Shown here: in pieces, positions 15,655 to 20,000 of the stretch
Position numbering within the stretch: the stretch's first letter is position 1
Layout: every line of letters starts with the position of its first letter
Virus record (IMG/VR): IMGVR_UViG_3300035675_000007
Length of the DNA stretch: 20,000 nucleotides
Source: an uncultured virus (IMG/VR IMGVR_UViG_3300035675_000007)
Lineage: Duplodnaviria > Heunggongvirae > Uroviricota > Caudoviricetes
Direction: 5' to 3' (one strand)
The notes under the pieces: model-generated
What the model was told of the DNA's origin: nothing
What the model saw: the letters and a program-made list of their open reading frames with translations, nothing else
Database searches by the model: none
Program-made: the position numbers and the translations under genes

Positions 15655-16038
15655 ATGAACATAGCGATCATCGGTAGCAGGACGTTCCCCCTGACCAAGG
15701 GGGTCGGCTACATCTTCGAGCTGATCGCAGGGCTGCGAGCCAACGACAGGGTCCTGGTGCGGCCATCCGAGGGCGTCGATTACATCGCCAAGACGCTCGC
15801 CGGGGCACTCGATATCCCCGTCACGGAATTCAGGGCAACAGGCGGTCGGGAACTCGTCTTCAAGCGGGACGAGGACCTAGTTGCATATGCCGACCGTATT
15901 GAGGCATTCTTTGACCCGGATCACGTCATGGAAGGCGGGACCGGACATATCGTGGAGGTGGCGCTCAGATCCGGGAAGCCGGTCAGGGCGTGGACGGTCC
16001 GCGATGGGGAGCTGGAACTGGTCGGAAGCGATACGTGA
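15655..16038 (+). CDS. SLOG-superfamily (DprA/Smf/YspA-like) Rossmann-fold protein
   Basis: IAIIGSRTF, EGVDYIA, RDEDLVAYAD, GGTGHIVEVALRSGKPV. Confidence 0.82.
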   Translation: MNIAIIGSRTFPLTKGVGYIFELIAGLRANDRVLVRPSEGVDYIAKTLAGALDIPVTEFRATGGRELVFKRDEDLVAYADRIEAFFDPDHVMEGGTGHIVEVALRSGKPVRAWTVRDGELELVGSDT

Positions 16039-16490
16039 AGATCGACGAGGCACAATTGCGCCGCGCCACTGAACTCGTATCCTTCTTGGCGTCCGAGTAT
16101 TACGAAGAAATTCCGCTCCGCATCCACACGAGGGGCACCGATAACCAGTCCCGTATCGGTGCCCCTCCCTTTGCGCCCGAGTTCATCAAGTGGATCGACG
16201 CCGGCTCCGACGACGAGCGCTACAAGGACAAGCGGGCCCGCCAGCGGGGCGAGTACACGAGCCACGATCACCGACAACGGGTGACCCGGGTGATGCGGGA
16301 GATCCGGCGGGTGGCGCCCAGGGAATACTTCGTCCTGAGCCTCGCCACCACCAAGGCGATGAGCGTCGGCCAGATCGCCACCGCCATGAACGATCGTGCC
16401 GAGCAACGTGGGCTGGAGGAGCGCTACACCGTCAACGACGTGACGGCGCTGCTGCTTCTCGCCCTGAGCAAGGCGGTCGCCTGGTACTGA
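16035..16490 (+). CDS. Putative transcription regulator with C-terminal sigma70-region-4-like HTH
   Basis: PREYFVLSL...MSVGQIATAM...TVNDV...ALSK; last gene of the + block. Confidence 0.65.
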   Translation: MKIDEAQLRRATELVSFLASEYYEEIPLRIHTRGTDNQSRIGAPPFAPEFIKWIDAGSDDERYKDKRARQRGEYTSHDHRQRVTRVMREIRRVAPREYFVLSLATTKAMSVGQIATAMNDRAEQRGLEERYTVNDVTALLLLALSKAVAWY

Positions 16491-16494
16491 GCAC

Positions 16495-16538
16495 AAAAAG
16501 AAGGCCCCGGCCTGCTTGGTGAGTAGCAGACCGGGGCC
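16495..16538 (-). terminator. Intrinsic terminator of the late (- strand) transcript
   Basis: On the - strand a 14-bp stem (one G-U) spans 16503-16538 and is followed by TTCTTTTT; lies between convergent genes. Confidence 0.85.
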
Positions 16539-16593
16539 ATGTCCCCGTAAAGACAGGGACGATTGTGCTCTATGCGGTTCCAGAACGCAAGCC

Positions 16594-17175
16594 TTAAATG
16601 ATCCCGTAGATATGGAGCAGGGTGGTAGCGGCGAAGATGCCCAGGGTGATGAGGATGCCGACCATCCAGCGGTTGTTCTGAGCAATCTTTTCCATCAGGG
16701 CACTAGTTGCATCCTGCCTGACGGTCACCTTTTCCTCGGCGATGATCTTCTCGTCGTAGTTCTCGAACTTGGCGTCGACTCTCTCGATCAGCGCCGCATG
16801 TTCTCGTTCGAAACGGCCGACCGACATGAGCTGGTGGCTACTGGTCTCTAGCGCTTCGATGTCCCTCCGCAAGGATGACATCTCTGACAGGAGCGACGAA
16901 GTAGCCTTGTCGATAGCCGTATCGGTGAGGATGTGCTCCCGCTCATGAAATTCTCGGTGTTCATTGTTGAGGGCTGCCAGGGTCTCGAACTGGGAGTTGG
17001 TGATCTGCCGCTCGTACGCGAGAGCAGCGTCTCGAATGGCGACCTGAGATGCGAGAGCTTGATCAGATAGGCGTCGCTCATAATCGATACTTTGGTCGAC
17101 GAGTTCACGGTGCGCATTGACTTCACGCTTGGCGATCTCTCGTTCATAGTTGACTGCTTGGCGGATCTTGCTCAC
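16594..17175 (-). CDS. Coiled-coil protein with C-terminal TM anchor (lysis-associated candidate)
   Basis: GGAGG SD and GTG start; helical repeats; C-terminal RWMVGILITLGIFAATTLLHIYGII. Confidence 0.75.
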   Translation of the reverse strand: MSKIRQAVNYEREIAKREVNAHRELVDQSIDYERRLSDQALASQVAIRDAALAYERQITNSQFETLAALNNEHREFHEREHILTDTAIDKATSSLLSEMSSLRRDIEALETSSHQLMSVGRFEREHAALIERVDAKFENYDEKIIAEEKVTVRQDATSALMEKIAQNNRWMVGILITLGIFAATTLLHIYGII

Positions 17176-17350
17176 GCTGACCTCCAGCTAACGCCGGGTG
17201 GTGGCGCTTCCTTGGCCGAGCGGAGATCAGCTCTGAGCCGCAGTTGGGGCATTTAACGGCCTTGTTGCCCGGGATTTTGAGCATGCCGAAGTAGGAGGTT
17301 GGCGGGCATTTCGGGCATTTCAGGGGTAGGCCGTATCCATGCCCGTCCAT
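17144..17350 (-). CDS. Small zinc-ribbon protein
   Basis: CPKC and CPNCGSEL; fills the gap, but no clear SD. Confidence 0.55.
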   Translation of the reverse strand: MDGHGYGLPLKCPKCPPTSYFGMLKIPGNKAVKCPNCGSELISARPRKRHHPALAGGQREQDPPSSQL

Positions 17351-17366
17351 GGATCAGGCCGTGCCG

Positions 17367-18104
17367 CTAAGCATCGAGGGCCTTCCAGATTTCCCAGATC
17401 GCATTCATGTATGCGTAGGGGAGGAAGGCATCGCCGCTGGCGCCCCACGTCGAGCCGAAGCTGTTGCGGAGCCGCAGCGCCTTGCGGTTGTCGTCCCAGC
17501 CGTCGATGACGATCGCGTGGCCACCGACCTTGTAGTCGGGGCGCCGCATGATGTAGTTGACGTTGCTCTCCGGGCTGATGTTCCAGGAGTGATACCAGGC
17601 CATGGCGCAGACGATCTCGCCATAGGTCTTGACGGCGGTCTTGATGGCCGTGGTGCTCTTGGAGACGGCGTAGTACGACTTGATCTTGTGCTTGGACGGC
17701 TGGCCGATGGATACGACCGGGTAGCCGACCCGAAGGAGCCGATCCATGGCGCTACGGAGGTAGGCGCCGTTCTGCGTTCCGCCGATCTGGCGGAAGAACA
17801 GGGACTCGTCGAAATTCCAGAACTTGGCCGGGCTCTGGTCGTCGCGGTCCTGGTAGGACTTCAGCGACGAGGTCGAGTAGGCCACGCACTGCGGCGTCGA
17901 GCCCTGGTTCAGGATGGGCGGGCGGTTTGGCACGACGTAGGTCGTCGGCAGGCTCACACCCTGGGGATCAATCCCCTGAGCTTCGTACAGCTCTTCAATC
18001 TGCCAGTCTCGCTCGTCGGGCGGAGACTGCTCGGCACCCGGGTTGAATTCCTGGGCGAGGGAAACCGTGATGGTTTCCTTTTCCGAGACGAGTTCTTTTT
18101 CCAT
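17367..18104 (-). CDS. Papain-like cysteine peptidase (family C1A, xylellain-like)
   Basis: AAGGAG SD; PDERDW, NQGSTPQCVAY (Gln/Cys), GGHAIVIDGWDD (His), RNSFGSTWG (Asn). Confidence 0.92.
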   Translation of the reverse strand: MEKELVSEKETITVSLAQEFNPGAEQSPPDERDWQIEELYEAQGIDPQGVSLPTTYVVPNRPPILNQGSTPQCVAYSTSSLKSYQDRDDQSPAKFWNFDESLFFRQIGGTQNGAYLRSAMDRLLRVGYPVVSIGQPSKHKIKSYYAVSKSTTAIKTAVKTYGEIVCAMAWYHSWNISPESNVNYIMRRPDYKVGGHAIVIDGWDDNRKALRLRNSFGSTWGASGDAFLPYAYMNAIWEIWKALDA

Positions 18105-18113
18105 CGCGTCTCC

Positions 18114-18443
18114 TTACTTGACGATGCTGGTGGCTGCGGTGAGGCGTTGGTCGAACGACAGTGATCCGTCGTCTTCGGCCAGCAGGTTGTTCCAGATGAT
18201 GTTGTAGGCGGCTGCGCCGACGACCGTGGCGATGGTGATGAGCTGCACCACGTTCTCAATGCTCAGCTCGGCACCGGACAGCAGCGCCCCGAACACGCCA
18301 ACGACGACATAGCAGATGAATGCGATGACGGCGTTGATGGAGCGGGAGAAGCCCTGCTGCTTGATCAGCGCGATGAGGATCGGGCTGATGGCCGAGAAGA
18401 TGATGAACGCGGTGTTCTGCATGGGGTCAAGGACGGGGTCCAC
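18114..18443 (-). CDS. Holin-like membrane protein (3 TM)
   Basis: AGGAGG SD and GTG start; three hydrophobic helices with charged C-tail; between tail genes and a hydrolase. Confidence 0.75.
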   Translation of the reverse strand: MDPVLDPMQNTAFIIFSAISPILIALIKQQGFSRSINAVIAFICYVVVGVFGALLSGAELSIENVVQLITIATVVGAAAYNIIWNNLLAEDDGSLSFDQRLTAATSIVK

Positions 18444-18592
18444 TGCTACCTCCTATGTGTTCTGCCTGGGCGACATCGCAAATGGGCATAGAACCTCCAT
18501 GGTTCCGGGGGTCCTGATAGGAGGGAGAGCGGTCGTGCATGGCACGATTGGCCCAGAAGGGCGTATCAGGCTGGGATAAGTGTACCCCGGCC
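18444..18592 (-). promoter_or_regulatory. Structured leader of the holin-peptidase cassette
   Basis: Several inverted repeats, including an 8-nt anti-SD complementary to the holin SD. Confidence 0.5.
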
Positions 18593-18594
18593 GA

Positions 18595-18837
18595 TCAGCT
18601 TGCTACAGCGTCTGCGTAGAAAGATCCTGTCATCGTGTCGAGCGTGATGGCGTCCGCAGAGAAGCTGTAGATCCCCGCCTTGTTCTCCAGGACGGCGAGG
18701 CGCGCTAGCGCATCCTCAAGAAGCGCGTCGAGCAGCGACCCCGGGAGGTACCGCTCAAGGGCCTCCGCCAGCGCGATGACGCTGGGTGGCTCAGTCCCGT
18801 GGTGGTCGAGATCCCGGTCGTGCGTCGCTCTGCTCAT
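18595..18837 (-). CDS. Hypothetical protein
   Basis: ATGA overlap with the tail gene stop. Confidence 0.65.
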   Translation of the reverse strand: MSRATHDRDLDHHGTEPPSVIALAEALERYLPGSLLDALLEDALARLAVLENKAGIYSFSADAITLDTMTGSFYADAVAS

Positions 18838-20000
18838 GTTCCCAACGTCCTGCAGGTTACATACATCGTATCGGTCGCCACGGGCGCCGACGTCATCGTG
18901 AACTCACCTGAGGCTGGATCACTCTCGGTATAGTGCGTGTCGCGCACCTGCTGCAATCCATTGAGATAGACGACAAGTGTGTTCATGATGTAGGCGAATT
19001 TCACAGTGAACACCGTCCTCGACCCGTCCATGCTTTCGAGCGGCGTGAGCGTGGCATAGTCACCGTAGCCAGCATCGGTCGAGTCGTCGGTGATCGCATT
19101 GATGGCCTGCGCTTCCGTGGCCGGCCTGTAGTTGAGGATCGTCTTCCACAGGGCGATGGGGTCCGTGTACTGCAGGCTGAACTCGCCGTTGAACTGGACG
19201 TGGGCATTCCCACCTGGATCAAGCTCCGGGAAGGTGATGCGCAACGTCCGACACGGCATGTACTCGGAAACGTCGAAGCTGGCCAGGTTGATGCTGACGA
19301 TATCGCCGGCGATGATGTGGTCCGGTGTGCCGTCCAGCTCCGGGACCTGTTCCCCGAACCAGGTGAACTCGAAGAACCACTGGGGATAGCGAAGACCCTT
19401 CTGCTGTCCGTACACATCTGCGCCTGGGGGGCCATTTACGATTACGTTGGCCCGAGCCTTGACGGCCGAGAGGATCTTCAGCTCATTGAAGTGGGTCTCG
19501 GAGATCTGCCAGCGTCCGTGGGTGTCGATCGAGCTGCCCGGAACCAGGTCACCGTCGTCGATCCAGCTCTTTCCGGCGACGTAGGTGTAAGAGTCAGTGT
19601 CGTCCTGGATGCGGGCGAAGACGGTCGAAGTTGTCGCAGGGGCGCCACCACCCCAGATCAGCGCGTCGTTGATGATCAGGGTGCCATCTTCCGTGCCCGA
19701 GACCTCCCGGAACCCCCAGGTCGCCCCCTGGTACTCGTCCGGGCTAGTGGTGATGGCGTTGTAATTCGGACTGTCCGAGAAGCCCCAGCGCTTCTGGATC
19801 GTCTCGTAGGCGTGGTAGTGCACCTTCTTGTCGGGACCGATGTAGAACACGGCCCCAGCCCATGCCGCCTGCTCGTCGAACTGGTCGCGGATCTTCGTTC
19901 CCTGCTGCTTGTAGAAGAAGGTCTCGTCTGAATCGTCCGGCAGAACAGCGGTGATGTCGTCGATTTCCGAGGTCGCATCGAATCCGCTGGGGAAGTCGCA
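18834..20000 (-). CDS. Putative minor tail/virion structural protein, 5'-truncated by the window
   Basis: Frame is open to base 20000 (CDFPSGFDATSEIDD...AWAGAVFYIG); acidic and beta-rich; C-terminal DGSRTVFTV...VYLNGLQQ...YTE...SAP module typical of tail proteins. Confidence 0.75.
   Translation of the reverse strand, partial: CDFPSGFDATSEIDDITAVLPDDSDETFFYKQQGTKIRDQFDEQAAWAGAVFYIGPDKKVHYHAYETIQKRWGFSDSPNYNAITTSPDEYQGATWGFREVSGTEDGTLIINDALIWGGGAPATTSTVFARIQDDTDSYTYVAGKSWIDDGDLVPGSSIDTHGRWQISETHFNELKILSAVKARANVIVNGPPGADVYGQQKGLRYPQWFFEFTWFGEQVPELDGTPDHIIAGDIVSINLASFDVSEYMPCRTLRITFPELDPGGNAHVQFNGEFSLQYTDPIALWKTILNYRPATEAQAINAITDDSTDAGYGDYATLTPLESMDGSRTVFTVKFAYIMNTLVVYLNGLQQVRDTHYTESDPASGEFTMTSAPVATDTMYVTCRTLGT

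Overview
A 20-kb segment of a GC-rich tailed dsDNA phage or prophage, with no host housekeeping genes. Bases 1-16490 form a tightly coupled + strand early/middle region, mostly joined by ATGA/GTGA overlaps. It holds many small Cys-rich ORFans, a MoxR/CbbQ-type AAA+ ATPase with an HExxH-vWA partner, a RadC-like JAB protein, a recombination set (Cas4/RecB-like exonuclease, SSB, Sak/Rad52-like annealase, RusA), two HNH proteins, a SLOG protein and several HTH proteins. Bases 16594-20000 are the convergent - strand end of the late region: a partial tail protein, a holin-like protein, a papain-like C1A cysteine peptidase where an endolysin is expected, and a membrane-anchored coiled-coil protein. 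The most interesting items are (1) a densely folded ~250-nt candidate ncRNA on the - strand at 13135-13390, next to a terminator/promoter switch, (2) a lysis-like cassette with a C1A protease and no recognisable muralytic enzyme, and (3) a structured holin leader with an anti-SD, a uORF and a possible second start. All family calls come from motif recognition by eye; no searches or folding programs were run.
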